DNA from: the human T2T-CHM13v2.0 reference genome, Homo sapiens
Assembly (NCBI RefSeq): GCF_009914755.1
Contig: NC_060941.1
Strand: one strand, 5' to 3'
DNA length: 64,000 bases
Shown here: in pieces, positions 13,299 through 32,836 of the stretch
How positions within the stretch are numbered: the first letter of the stretch is position 1
How the letters are laid out: each line of letters starts with the position of its first letter
Notes under the pieces: generated by a model
Told to the model about the DNA's origin: nothing
Seen by the model: only the letters and a program-made list of their open reading frames with translations
The model's database searches: none
Program-made: the position numbers and the translations under genes

Positions 13299-13352
13299 GA
13301 GGCCCCCTGTCAGTTACTGTGGAAGAGGCCCCCTGTCAGTTACTGTGGAAGA
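13299..13352. repeat. Perfect 26-bp tandem duplication
   Basis: gaggccccctgtcagttactgtggaa x2 plus ga. Confidence 0.97.
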
Positions 13353-14963
13353 CACAATGCTGAAAAGACATGGTTTCGGCCCTCCAAGAGCTCATGTGTT
13401 ACTATTCCTTTTAAAGAAAAAAGAAACAGGCAGCCCGTAAATGCCAAATAAATGCTGTCTGCAAGGTGCTATGCGGAGTGGGGCTCAGAGAAGAGCAGGG
13501 CCCAGGTTAGTCCAAGACGGTTCCACGCGAGAGCCTGGGAGAGGGCAGTCCAGGCAGAGGTGGAAAGGGCAACACAAGGGACAGAGTCTGGAAGAGCAAG
13601 CTCCAGGCAGACTGTGGTGCCTTTGAATTTGACACCGAGACAGGTGGATTCTATTCTGCTGTTGAGTTGGGCGAGAGATAAAGAAGCTCTTCTGGAAGAG
13701 CAAGAAGCGGCAGCCAGGCGCCATGAGAAAGAAAAGGGACTGGAAGCTTTGCGTAGTCTTCACTGCACCGCGGTCTGCACTCCTGTTCAGAAGCGGTAGC
13801 AAAGAAATAAGTGGTTTTTTGCCCTACTCCAACTCACACCTTCAACTACCATCCTTATCCAGCACTAATTCCCCAAACCACTACTGACTTCCCATCCTCT
13901 TTCCAGTTCTCTCTCTCAGGCTCAAGGACAGGTGCAACCAGAAAGTGACCCTCTGACAAGCGTGCAAGGGCAATGTGCATCAATCATTTTATTTCTAAAG
14001 CGGAAAATGAGGCACAAGGAATACATTCAAATCTCGCAGTTTCATCAGCATCCCAAACCCACGAATTCACAATGCTGCTCAAAGGTCCTCTCTGCCCATG
14101 AGGCGTCCCCAAACCCCAAATCACCTGGGCCACAGGCTCCAAGCACCACAGACATGATAAGCATAAAGCTTTTAGGCGAGTCAGCATTCTCAATCTCCCC
14201 TCCTTCTGTGTCCCATGAAAACAGAGGCCTGGGGTTTTTTTTACTTTTTTCTTTAAATTCTATTCCACTCCTTACACTTAAAAATGCCTCATTATTCTTT
14301 AGTAAATGCTAGGAGCATAAAATCTTCTTCAAAGAAGCAAAAACTGGCATCTGTTCCTGCTCTGAGAAGTCCTTGAAGATCTCTTGAAAGGAAGGTCATT
14401 TCTACCTGCACCTCAAAATAGAAACAAACTGGCTCCCTGTTCCAGACATCACCCTTACCAGAGTTGCCCCGAGTCCGGGTTTGCAAAAGTTTGGGAGAGG
14501 TGTAAGAAGGAGCTGACTAGGGCACCAGCCTTCCAAGTCGCGGGAAGGTCCAGGATACTGGCCCCCTGCCTCCACCTACCAGCAGGGCAAGGCTGGAGCA
14601 GGCACGGCCGACCCAAGCCTCCTGGCGAGTGCATCCTTCTGGTGCCAACTCAGTGTGTTAGGAGGGCAGGCTTCTTCTTCTCTGTCTTGGCTGCTCTCAT
14701 GAGGCTGCTCTTGGACCGTCCCCTATCTCCTGCCCATGCAGGGGGCAGAACTGTAGGAGGAAGAAAGACGAGACCTATGGCAGGGGCAGCCAAGGAGAGC
14801 AGTGAGGAGGAGCAGAAGGCAGGCCAAGCTCTGCACCTTTGAGATCCAGGGCAGCACACCCACTCCAGAACTAGCTGAAGAGGTGCTGACCCATGAGAGG
14901 GCAGTGAGTCCCTGATATCATGCAGGTGTCCTATGGCCTCCCTCCACGACAAATGGATGCCCA

Positions 14964-14977
14964 CCTCTAGGTGGCAC
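14964..14977 (+). promoter_or_regulatory. CTCF core motif match
   Basis: CCTCTAGGTGGCAC fits the core pattern CC(A/T)C(C/T)AG(A/G)(G/T)GGC(A/G)C. Confidence 0.45.
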
Positions 14978-15181
14978 GATATAGTCAGTTTCTCTGGACA
15001 AACTCTATTCTACCCCAAACACTGGTAAATCCTCCCCAAGCCAGGCTGGTTCCTGCAGCAGGGCCAGCCTCTCATCTAGACAGGAAAAAGAAACATGGAA
15101 AACAAAGGGGACCTGAGCAAAGGTAGAAAGACCCCAGTAATCAAAGTTCTCGTACATACACCACGATGTTTAAAAACATTA

Positions 15182-15483
<302 letters not shown>

Positions 15484-15489
15484 TTATTT

Positions 15490-16950
<1,461 letters not shown>

Positions 16951-17165
16951 TCAGACTGGCCCAATATTTCTATTATAGAAGAAACATCCTTGGATTCTGT
17001 TTTAATGCCCATGAAGTGCCTGTTGTAACTACACCCATTCTGCTGTGATTTCGTATGTGGTCTCTCGTCTGAATTCTGTGACTCAGAATCCCAATTCTTC
17101 ACAGAAAACACAAAGGGAAAGAGACTTTAGACACCAGAAGGAAAGGCGTCAATAGTCACTGACTA

Positions 17166-17468
<303 letters not shown>

Positions 17469-17548
17469 CAACAGTCACTGACTCAAAAAAAGAAATTCAC
17501 TGCATCTTTTTTTAGGTCAGAAATTGAGCTTCCATGATTCCTCTGTAG

Positions 17549-17884
<336 letters not shown>

Positions 17885-18400
17885 ACGAAATTATCTTCTT
17901 AAGGAAGAAGTGAATGTGCTAGGGAAAGTCCTCACACACCAGCTGATCTACAGGAAAGCAGAATTTGACTTTTCTGTCTCCATTTTTCCCCTAGTGTATT
18001 ACCTAGGGCTACAGAATCAACGCATCACATAGTCAGGAGAAAAACAAAAAGGTAACTTGGAATATATGAAGGCAGGAGATCAGCATAACTCAACAGTGGC
18101 TGTTGAAACTTAAAATCCTGGCTGATTTGGACTCAGTTTTCAGAGTCCTTCCCAGGAGCCACAGCAATGGCTTTCATTTGCAGAACTGACCAGGGCTAGA
18201 CTAGATAACTTCTAAGGCACCTCATGGCTTTAAGAGTCTGTGATTACACTACTGTTAGTGACTCTGTCCCAGGTAATTACTTAATGGCTCCAGCCGTAAC
18301 ACAAAACCCATATGAATTCCCCACAAGTTAAAGTTCTTCTGAAGGTAAACAGGAGAAGATGGTGGCAGTTTTAAGAGTCCTTTTCTAAAAAGGAAATCTC

Positions 18401-18721
<321 letters not shown>

Positions 18722-19730
18722 TCAGCTAGGCTGAAAACAGAAAGAAAGGCAGAGACAAGAACACTATAAATCCAGTAAAGTTGCCTTTGCAGGATTATCA
18801 AAATCCAAGGGAAAAATGAGAGATGGATACTACTAAAAATTTCCAGGAGGTCTAGCCCAGCATCTCTGATTTAACCAGCAGTAAACTGCATGCAGGTTCT
18901 GTCAGCCTGCAGCCACACACAGGTTCCTGCGAACCCTCCTGAAGCACAGGGAGGGGTGGATGAAAACGGGAATCTCTGCTGTTTCCTAGGGCCACTCCTG
19001 CTCCAACTCTACCTCCTATCTGCATCTACAGTCCCTGACTTTGTCCTCCCTTCGGCTGACCACGCTGCAGGCTGATAAAGGCTCTTAATGCCCAGACCTG
19101 TGCCTACCAAGACCTAAGATACCTGCCTTTTCTCTCCACCGATACTGACATCTTAGAAAATTCCACCTGTTGCCTTCCACATCCCTCCTGTCTAATCAGA
19201 CTTTGGGTCTTGATCCCCCACAGCCAGTCCTGTGCTTTCATATTCCATAATGAAGAGAAAACTTGGGAGGCTACACAAAGACTCAGATAATGGATAAGGG
19301 TCAGCTTTCTTCAGAGGGGCAGAATCCAAGCCCTTGTTTCTATTCACCTTCATTAAGAAGAAAGGGCAGTTCTAATCCTCTGTGTAATACCGTGAGCATT
19401 CATCTCTGGTGTACTCAACAGGAAAGCCTATAAAATTCAAACCAGAGTGAATCCTCTTCAAAACTTGTCACAGCAGATGGTGATACAGGTTTCTTGCTAT
19501 GATGTGTGCTTTGTACAATGCCAAACATGCTCCTGCTTAAAAATAAAGATGTAACCATTTTTGATTCTGCAAAATACAAAATCCATAAGGAAGGGAGTGA
19601 GAAATATCTAGGGGGATATGAATTGATAGTTACAGCACCTCAGGTCTTCCTGCAAACACCACAACCTGAGCAACTTGTCCAACTAGAGACTACCACAATC
19701 ACATGGCACGCATTAAAACATGGGATAACC

Positions 19731-20044
<314 letters not shown>

Positions 20045-20888
20045 TCACGTCAAGGACAGCATTTTAGAAGCAATCTGAAAATCCAGTGTCCCACTGAGGA
20101 AGCCTATACTTCATTCTATTTGGCATATTTTCCTACAAATAATACTAGTTTATACACACATGCTATCTTACAGCTTAAAATGTTTTCTCATTTCCACTTT
20201 TTTAAATTTTCCAACAAAGCTCAACTGTAACTCTGCATATTTCCTGACAATGAACTATACACTGTTCTCATCAGTTTACAGGTAAGATAAAGACTCAATG
20301 AGTACAAATAATCTACCTCGGGTACACTACCAATAGAGCCCAATTCACATTCCGGTCACCGGCTGCATCCTCAGCTCTTTTTTTTTTCTCTTACTGAAAT
20401 ACACAGATTCACTTCAGCTCAGCGTTTACTGAGCATCTGCCATAGGCGCAGCCTGTGCTTGGAGCTGGGATTTAAACAGCTCCAGTCCCTGGCCTGCACA
20501 GAAAGTGAAGGCCAGTGGGGACAGGCATGTAAGCCCGTAGCAGCAGCACACCCGGCCACAGCGGCCAAGTGCAGCAAGTACTCACAGAATTCCAGGCGAT
20601 GCCAAGAGGCTTCAGAGGGGCCAACCTGTGAGCCAGAACTTGAAGGACCAACGGATTCCCCAGATGGACAAGAACAGAATGGTGTATACCAAGCAAGATA
20701 AAGTGTATGGAAGTGACAGAGGCCAGCAACAATGGGCACACCACAGGGCAAGGCCCAGGACACAGCAGGGCTGAACTGGCACCCTGAAGGGGGCTTAGTG
20801 TCTGCCTGTGAAGGGCCTCAGGTCCCACACCAAAGATTTTGGAATCTATCCCAAAGAGATGCCAAAGAGAGAGTTCAAAGGCAAATCA

Positions 20889-21174
<286 letters not shown>

Positions 21175-21354
21175 GGCAAATCAAGGGGGACTGACATTAA
21201 CAAGATTAAATAGCTAAAAATAATAATAACTTATGGCAGTTAAGAAAATAGTGCCCAATTAATTAAACTGGTTAATTCTCACTAACACACATATACAGAA
21301 TGAAAACTGACGAATGTATGTACCAATGTACCAATGTACCAGGTAAAAAAAAGC

Positions 21355-21780
<426 letters not shown>

Positions 21781-23312
21781 TAGGGCGTAAGTCTAGTTAA
21801 AAGCAGCTCTATGGAAAGCATAACTGACTCTTAACTTCTGCCCTCCCCTGGGATCTCAGGGACCTGCCAGAGGAAACTCCATTTGTCCCCCTCCTTTTAC
21901 ACCTACCTAAATGCCACTCTGTCTCTCACGGCAATGTCTAAGGGCATCTATTTTAGCAGTGGTTTAAAGGGCAACACTGCCTTCAGTCCCAGGTGACAAC
22001 ACAAGGAAATACCATGGGAGGGGGTAAGGGAAGCGAAGAAGCACCAGTTCTTTAAGGTTACTTGGTCAAAGCAAAGCTGTTCAGTAATTCTACCTCTAAG
22101 CTCCCGGCCCCTAACCTCATGCCCCACCCCCATCACTCCCACTGTTGATTAGGGTAGTTCATGTTGACTTTTGAAGCCTCCAGGATAAAAAGTGACTATT
22201 ACACAGCACCTCCGGTGGGTCTGAAGCTAGGCTCACCCGGAAGGACCAGAAGCAAGTAAGCGTGAGGGACCATGGCCAGGCCCGGCTCACTCCTGCTGTC
22301 CCAGCATAGTCACTAGTGTCCTCTTCCACTCTCAAAAGTGTTCCCTTTGGAACTAGATCTTGGCTAGTGTGGACTCACCTTTCAGTTAGAAAAGCACCAA
22401 GCAGGCAGTTCAGCCCTGGCCTGGCACGTCCCCTCACTACTGACCCCTCTTCAGATACAGAAGTATCGTTATGGACACCTGTGCATGCTTCCCTCCCAGC
22501 GTCCCCCACGCGTGCTGCAGCTTTCAGTGTCGCCCGTGGACACTGTCCAGGATCATTTGCACTTAGAGGTGGGGCTTTCAAATGTGCTTTATAGTGAACC
22601 AGAGTGGGAAAAGCCTAAAGAGGACACCCAAGTTTTATTACAACTTTCACAAAATCCACTTGAAACATAGCCAGATATTTATTCCAAACTTAAAAATATC
22701 ACACATTACCAGCTACAACCCAGTACGCATTTTACTATTTTGTCTTGCAGCATTACAACACCACCATCTGATAAGGTGCCACAATAAAATACAATAAAAC
22801 ACACACACATCCACAAACACAACTCCTGTGTTGACCCAGGGCTTTAAGACACAGCTCTTCAGCAGAATCTCTTGGGATTTAGAAGGCACAGCTTGTCATC
22901 CCATTACTCATAGCTCCACTGTTTACAGTACAGGTGTGGAGCAGATAAAGGAAGTTCTACAGACCCTGCCCTCCCAGGCTTCAAACAGTCCTCACCTAAC
23001 AACCAAAGGGAGAAGACCACATCGTCTTTTCCCTTAGACACATTTTATTTAACAAAACAAGTACTATTTATCCCAAATCTCACTGGTTCTTTCAATCCGA
23101 TCTCTAATGTCTTTACTTTTTAGTATCAGATTCTTTCTGGATATTTGTGGAATTCCCAGAAGTTCTGACCAACTGTTATTTTGATACAGGAAGTAGACAC
23201 AATCACCAAGTATGAAGTGGAATCTACCAAGAAACACCCAAGGCGGAACTCTAACGAAAGCAAAGATTGGAGGAGAACTTCTTTGGTTTAAAAACACTGA
23301 GTTACCTTAATA

Positions 23313-23390
23313 TCTCTCTCTCTTCTCGCTCTTTCTCTCTCTCTCCTCTCTCTCACTCTCTGACACACACACACATACACACACACACAC
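23313..23390. repeat. Compound (CT)n/(CA)n microsatellite
   Basis: Direct reading. Confidence 0.9.
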
Positions 23391-23559
23391 CCGAGAGAGC
23401 CTCAGCTTCCTAACCACTAAGAGACTATGCAGTCTTTCTCCTGAAAACAGTAAGATAAAAACCAGAGTCTAGGTTGGTCCTTAACTCCTCCCCAAAAGGC
23501 TCAGTAAACTATCCTCACAGGATTTCACATACTAATGAAAAGAGATACCTAAAACTCCA

Positions 23560-23950
23560 CTCCATATACCCCAAGCCGCATCAGTCCCGGCCGGGGGCTG
23601 CGGCTTTGACTCACCGTCCTCCTCTTCGGTTTTAAGGACCATCTTGTTTCCTTACAGCGGGACACGAAAAGTCCGTTCTGTGCTTCCAGGAGAGCGGTAA
23701 CTTACTGGGAGCCAAGTTTTCCTGTGGGGTCTGACTGGGAGGGGCCGGGGATACCTGTGAAGCTGTCCAGCCACTAGGGCAGCTCAGAGCTGCTTCCTGA
23801 ACAGACAGGCAATGGCTGGCTGCACGCCTGGGCCAATCAACCTCCAGCCTCCAAAGAAGCGGCACTCCCAGTCAGTGCCACCACCCAGTTCCTGAAGTCG
23901 AGCTCAAGCACCTTCCGAGTGTGTTAACCATCTGCTTCCCTGAAAGCAAT
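23560..23950 (-). promoter_or_regulatory. Candidate internal promoter/5'UTR of the MVLKTEEED exon
   Basis: Locally CpG-retaining, repeat-free sequence around the exon. CCAAT near 23833; TGACTCA (AP-1) at 23607-23613 overlaps the donor. Confidence 0.55.
23615..23642 (-). CDS. CYTH1: Coding part of alternative first exon of cytohesin-1 (MVLKTEEED + first base of next codon)
   Basis: Minus strand AACAAG ATG GTC CTT AAA ACC GAA GAG GAG GAC G|GTGAGT. Strong Kozak (A-3, G+4), consensus donor at 23614-23609, phase 1 (28 nt). Confidence 0.85.
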
Positions 23951-24058
23951 CTTACACTGGAGTCAAACTAGTTTAGTAGCCACACTTCTAGTCTTTTCTC
24001 AAACTCAACCAAAGTCATAGCCAGGACTCACTGCTGTTTTTCTCTTCACTTTCAAGTA

Positions 24059-24380
24059 CAGTTGTCCCTTGGTATCCAAGGGGGACTGGTGCCAGGAACT
24101 CCGATGGACACCAAAACCCACGGATGCTTGAGTCCTTAATTATTTGCACATAAGCTACACAAATCCACTCATATACTTTAAATCATCTCTAGATTACTTC
24201 TAATACCAAATACAATGTAACTGCTATGTAAACAGCTGTTATGCTATATTGTTTAAAGAAAATGAAAAGAAAAAAGTCTGTATGTATTCAGTACAGGTGT
24301 GACCTTTTTTTATTTTCCAAATATTTTCCATCCACAATAGGTTAAATCCATGGATGGGGAGCCCATGGAAAGCCGACTAC
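24059..24380 (+). mobile_element. MER2 (TcMar-Tigger) MITE
   Basis: ta|cagttgtcccttggtatcc...caccaaaacccacggatgct...tactttaaatcatctctagattactt...aaaaaagtctgta. Confidence 0.85.
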
Positions 24381-26189
24381 ATTTTCTTAAAATGGAATCA
24401 TTAAAATCCCTGGTCCCCTCACAATGAGATAATAGCCCATTTCCCAAGAGCATGACTAAGAGATCGTAATCATTACAGCATGTTATGAGGTCACAGGCTA
24501 AAAGCAGAAAGCAGATATTAGAGGCAAAAAAAAAAAAAAAATCCAAGGGCCAAACTCCCAATCTAAGTTCAGTTTCATCTCCATTATGATTTCTAATATG
24601 CTGCACCCAAAGATTCTTGCCTGCACAGTCCTATCATGTTCATGACACATATTCATTGTTGAAGATTAGAAAATAGTAACAAGGAAAAAAAACACCTTAA
24701 TCCTATCACCAAGAGATAGCCATTGGTGACATTTTGGTAGACATTTTCCAGACTTTTGTTATAAGTATTATATATATTCTCTCTCTCTTCTATAGATACA
24801 CACACACACACACACACACACACACGATATTTTATATGTCGTTTTATAGCTACTTATTTTTACTTATAACATTTTTTCATGACTGTAAATGGACATCTAT
24901 CACATTTATTATTCTTCTCAGTCTAGACATAATATTTAACCAGTCCCATATTGTAAGACTTCTAAGTGATTTCCAATTCTTCTACGTATCTCAATACACG
25001 TGTGCACACGTTTCGGCACATCTCTTTAATTATCTCCATAGAAAAAAATTCTCACAAGTAGAACTGCTGGATCCAGACATAGCTTCCCACCTCATCATCG
25101 TAATAGATAACATTTATTGCATGCTTACTCTGTGCCTAGCTTGATGTGACCTAACTCATCTAATCCTGAAAACATCCCATGGGGTGAGTGTCCTCGCCAT
25201 CCCCAGATCACAGATGAGGATGCTAGCACCCAGAGACGTTGCATGGCTTGCCAAAGCACGAGACCTGGCTGCAGAGCCCATCCTCCGCACCCTGCTCTCT
25301 GCTGGACTCCCAAACCCCTCTCCTATTAGTCTTCATTGTAAATGCAAACACCTGCAGCAGCTTTGCAGGAAGTGCTAGACTTTGGCCAAGTCTCACTGGG
25401 GAGCTGGGAACACACACATCTACAGCAAGACAACGGGGCGCTGTCTCCAGTCAGACTCTGAAGGTGCTGACATGACTCCAGGGCAAAGACTTCATCACAT
25501 TCTCTTCTTTCTTGCCTAATAACAGTTGAATAAATACATATGCATATATTTAAAAAAAAAAAACACTTTGTTTTGTAGAGGCAATTAATATAAACCCAAC
25601 GTGTCACCTTTTGGTTTAGTATGTCAAAATCACAGTTGTAAGTCCCAGCCTGCACCATTTCAAAACCTATGTTTAATGATTCCCAAACAGCATTTCTATC
25701 TTCTGGTATCAGGTCTGATTCACAGCCAGTGATCCCAACTTGTAAGAGGGCAGGTCACTTCTATTTTCTCCCTACTGTCAAATGGTATAGCGTTTCTCTG
25801 GAATAGACACCCAAAGGCAGAAAAGCTGGTCATGAGGCCTGAGTACTTAAAGCTTTCACAGATGCTGCCAAAGTGCTTGCCACGTCCCTGATGGGACCAA
25901 ACTTAACTTCTGCCAGTCAGACAGTGGGAAACGGTTTCTCGTTGTTGTTGGTCATTTGCACTGACCTGATTACTGATGATGCTGATTATCTTTTCGTAAG
26001 TTTGAGGTATTTCCTCTTTCATGAATTGCTTTTTCAAAGCCTTTGCCCACCTTTCTATTGCTTATCATTTTTTAAATGATTTGTAGATTACAAATCCTTT
26101 GTATGAAATGTTACAAATATTTTGTCATAACCAGTCACTTGTTTTTAAAAAGTTTTTACAAAGATAGTTGTATCTTTTGTCTTATCTGT

Positions 26190-27179
<990 letters not shown>

Positions 27180-27623
27180 TGATATGCTGCCAACCAGGTC
27201 CCCCATCTCCACTCCCCACAGCCTCTGCCTTAAAGGCCCCATCATTCCTTCCACCCACCCATGGCCTCACAGGTCCCCTGCTCCTCCAGACCTTTTGACT
27301 TTGAGCTTCTGCTCCCACTATTCAATGCCTCATTCTTGTTATACTTCCAGTTCACATTCTCAAAAGAGGGACTCTGACTGGCTCGTTTAATAGCCATCAT
27401 CCCTATTGGGCACAGCAGGCCACCTCATAGGCTCCTGGCCAGGCAGCGTCCCTTAAAGCTGGAAGCATGGCAAGGCATACCTGGCTCAACACCACACTGT
27501 CATCTCTAGTACAACAATTACCACTGTTTGTTAAAAAAGGAAATAATGAATCTCATGTCTCCAATTCCTTAAAATAGACATTTAACCACTGCATCACCAA
27601 ATTGTATGTTTCACTCACTCATA

Positions 27624-27751
27624 AGTGACCATATAATTTATCATCCATATTGAGATATTTTTGAGATTGCAAATGGGTACTATTAATAATTACATCAGGC
27701 AGTCAGCATAAACTGGGATTGTCTCTGGGAAACTAAAACATATAATAACCC
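27624..27751. mobile_element. MER94-like hAT MITE
   Basis: gtgaccatataatttatcatcca...ttttgaga...ctattaataattac...aaactgggattgtc...accc. Confidence 0.7.
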
Positions 27752-28164
27752 AACTCATGAGGCATATCTATAACATCAATCCCAAACAGAGTGTTAGATT
27801 ACTACGTATTTATTTAAATGGAAGCTTTTAAAAAGTTTCAAAGTACACTTTAAAATAACTAAAAAAATAATGGCACATTACAAAACCAGAACAATAATCT
27901 AGGGCCTCAGAGCAGTGTCTGAACAAATGATATCGGAAACATACAGGAGCTAGCACAGGCCCTATGAAAAGCAATAAATCAACAAAGTAGAAGAAAACAC
28001 TCGTTCGTCATTCACATTAAAAAGCACACATTAGGCCATTTTGATGCAAGTGTTGTTGATTCAAGACATTTTATATTTTTAATTAATAAATCCCTTAAAT
28101 AGATTTTAGCCTCACCCCCTCCAGCAATAGATTAGGTGGGAATACACAAGCATGTAATGGTCTA

Positions 28165-28392
<228 letters not shown>

Positions 28393-28419
28393 TCAATCAT
28401 TATCCCAGAGACAGAAACA

Positions 28420-28800
28420 TTCCTAGAGTGGGAGTGTGCAGAAAGGTAAGATAGGCACCACCTATAAAAGTGAGGGCAGAGTTTAGAGAGGACACCAAGG
28501 AGTAATAAAGCCCCCCAGACTAGCAACAGGGGCAGCCCCCATCACTGCTAAGTCAAGACGGGGTGCGAGGGCATCATACTGCTGCTAAAAGTGGCAAATG
28601 GGAGCTCTCTGGCAAGAGTGTCAGTAGAGGATTCAGCAAGCCTCAGTTACCAGCAGGAGAGAATCACCTTGACTTCACTCTTCTCTCACCCTTGCGTCTC
28701 CTGGTCAAACCCAACCAGGAACCACACTCCCTCCAGGACAGCCTCCGGCAGACAGCAGGATGGAGCCGGACAGGAAGTAGAGCTGGAGGCAAAAGGAAGG
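28420..28800. mobile_element. Old MaLR (MLT1-type) LTR remnant
   Basis: ggtcaaacccaaccaggaacca...cagcctcc...agcaggatggag...gagctggagg resembles old MLT1 LTRs. Confidence 0.4.
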
Positions 28801-29209
28801 TGTCGGGTGCAACCCTCAAGCCAGATCCTGGGGGCCAGGTTTCCCACTGTCAGGAAAAGGAATTTGGAAACATGAAAAGGGGGAAGGCTAGAAAGAACCC
28901 TAAGGTTGGAATGGAATTGAAGGAGCTGGTATGTTTAATGGTTGCATTATGTATATGTTGTAACTTACTTAACCACTTCTACTGTTGGGCATTAATCTTT
29001 TTCTTTCCTTATATCCTGTAAAATGCTGCAACATCCTTGTAACCTTTGCCTCCTCAGCTCCTACTAGTTCCTTAGGCTAAATTTCTCTAAGTGGGCTTAA
29101 GAGCTGGTCAAAAGATACGAACTACTTTAAGGCTCACTATACACTGCTATGAAACTGATTTCCAAAATAACTGTTTTCATTTACCAGCTGTCTTCTAACA
29201 TGCTGCCCT

Positions 29210-29859
<650 letters not shown>

Positions 29860-30331
29860 TTAAAACACACGCCAACTAGACAGACATAATGTAGTATTTT
29901 AATGTCTACGCTTCTGTGGTGTGGTGGTGTCAGAGCTTCTGTTGTATTTATTTAGTGTGGGCATTTGTCCTGTGAGTTACTTAAAAGTATTCCTTGGCAC
30001 TTAAAAAAAGTAATTGGAAAATGTTGCGTAACTATTTTTGTAGAGACAGAAAGATGTCTATGTTATACTGTTAAATGAAAAAATCATGTAACAAAAATGC
30101 ATAGACTATAAAAATGAAAAAAGAAATAAGCCAGGAAGAATATATACTAAACACATTAACAATCATTATCTCTGGGCGGTGGGATGGTAGAGAATTCTCC
30201 CATCATCTCCGTCCACTCACCAGCCCCTCCTTCTCTGTTCTCGTCCACAGTACACCAGACTCCACACTGGTCTCCAGCCAGCAGTCTTACTTTCCAGCTT
30301 CGCTCCCGTGTCATGGCCTCTGAAGCTGTCT

Positions 30332-30562
30332 ACCTAACACAAATCCCAAATCTCAAATCCCTGAAACATGCCCAAATCCTAAACGTTGTGAGTGCCAACA
30401 TGACACTCAAAGGAAATGCTCACTGGAGCATTTTGGATTTCCAGTTTTCAGGTTAGGGATGCTCTGGCAAGTACAATGCAGGTACTCCAAAATCCAAAAA
30501 AATACTGAAATCTAGAACTTGTCTGGTTCCAAGCATTTCAGATAAGAAATACTCAACCCATA
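30332..30562. mobile_element. Tigger4a/MER46A-like MITE
   Basis: gagtgccaacatgacactcaaaggaaatgctcactggagcattttggatttc...ccaagcatttcagataag...atactcaacc. Confidence 0.8.
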
Positions 30563-32464
30563 GTCCTTTTTGATAGCAGCCTATTCTTGTTTCATTCATT
30601 TAATATCTGAGACTCTTAAGTATATACTTTTTAAGGCTTTCTTCTACATGTCCCATGACCTGTTTCCTTAAACTATTTGCTCTTTTGCTTGCTAACACTG
30701 AAGATTTTCCTTAAGTCTCTAGCAAGCATAGTCTACTTCTTCTCATTTAAGAGTGACACACTAATAACCTGGTTAAAAGCCGTGTGGTAGGCATGGCCTA
30801 TAGATTGATGTGTGGCAATGTAATATGATAAGGCAGTAATGTGTAGAGACCCCACATGTGGGGCTCGGTAGCTTATTTTTGCTTAGACTAGTTACCCAAA
30901 GAAGTATTCTCCAATCCCCTACCTGGGCTGTGTGGAGTGTAAAACTGACCACCAGTATTTGTGGGGGCTACACTGAGGAAGAAAGGATGGGAATCTCACA
31001 GTTAAATATACGGGCTTTTTCGGTGCTGCTTCTTGGTTGGTATTTTTTAAAATAAATATAGATTTTCACTCGCTCTCTGTATCTTCACAGCCTTCTTCAG
31101 AAATTAAACCTTCATGTTTACCAGAAGTGCAAGAGAAACTGCCTTGCTGCAGGAGATGGAGAGGAGACCTGGAAATCTTAACTGCCAACAATGAACACTT
31201 TCAAACCACCCTCGTTTCCTTATCTCCATTCTCAGAGGTGCTGGGTACCCTGCAGCCTTTCTGGAATTTGGGGGTAAATCATTTTGCTTCCTGGTATCCT
31301 CTCTCTGCAGCTTAGACCTTTCCTAACAAGCTGCCAAATGGGAGACAGCTTAGGGCATACAATCACGCAAGTGTCCTCCAAAGTCCCGAAGAACATCTGC
31401 AAGGTGGGGTGGAGCATAACAAAGACTTGTCCAGCCTCTGCAGGCAGAAATCCAGACACCTGGACACACTGCACAATTCTTTCAAAGGTTCCTTCTACTT
31501 TGGTTACCTAAAAAACATAGAGGTATACTATTTTTGTGTATTGACATAAATGCATCTATTAGACCTTGGGGGAAAAAAGAGTTGATGGCAAAGGATATAT
31601 GTAATGTGTCAACAAGAATTCAAAGAACTTGCCATTCCTTGACATAGGCTTACCTTGTACCTAGCAAAGCAAGCTATGGGATTTCTGATCACATTTGCTA
31701 GTACATACCTTCATGACACAGACTTTTTAGCACTTTTGTTATCAAAAGAAAAACTCAAAACCGATTAGATGTCAAAAAAAAAAAAAAAAAGAAAACCTAA
31801 ACCATATCCTTTGTTTTATGTACACAATTTGCATTTACTTCAATTTTTGCCTAAGGACCAGTAACTCTTGCAAGAAAAAAAATAAGAGAGGTATGCATCA
31901 CAAAGACTGATCTTATTTAGTTTCTATCAAGAAAATCCATGACCAGTTCCATAACTTGCCACAAAACTGAAAAACTGTGTGGTTTTGAGTATGTACATTT
32001 TGGGGATTTTTCTTTCTGAGAAGGGGGTCAAGAGCATTGGTCAGATGCTCAGAGAGGACCCTTGAGCCAGGACTGCAGTCTCCTGTGCACCGTGGAGCCT
32101 GGGAGCATTGGGAAGACCTCGAAGAACTCTGGTTCAAGTAATTGCTACTTTCTGGAGGCAAAAGAACAGTGCCCCTTCAGGACCCACCATCGCCAACCTC
32201 ACCACAGCCCTCGGAGGCATCTGGAAACATGTCAAAAAGACTTTGGAAAGTATTAATTTGACATATTCATGATGATAAGGTAAACAGAAATAACCTCCTC
32301 CATAAAGACAAAGCAGAAACAGCACAATTTACAAGCGAGAAAGAATAAGAAGAAACCTGAAATTGAAATAAACTTCACACTACTCCTAGAAGTGGTTGCT
32401 ACAGTAGTTTTAAACGCCCTTTAAAATAAAGTCAAAAATACTGAATGTCATAAATTCCATCTGT

Positions 32465-32481
32465 GCTGCCCTCTGCTGGCT
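32465..32481 (-). promoter_or_regulatory. Strong CTCF motif match
   Basis: Minus strand AGCCAGCAGAGGGCAGC. Confidence 0.6.
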
Positions 32482-32539
32482 ACATGAAAAGATTGTTAAA
32501 AGATTGACATAGAAATTGCACCAAAAAATTCCATTACCT

Positions 32540-32836
<297 letters not shown>

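Noticed and set aside
13452-13802. ORFs with a helix-like stretch (RDKEALLEEQEAAARRHEKEK) and a minus-strand MAPGCRF start
   Set aside because: No recognisable protein. The only nearby donor (TCG|GTGTCA) is weak and in phase 2.
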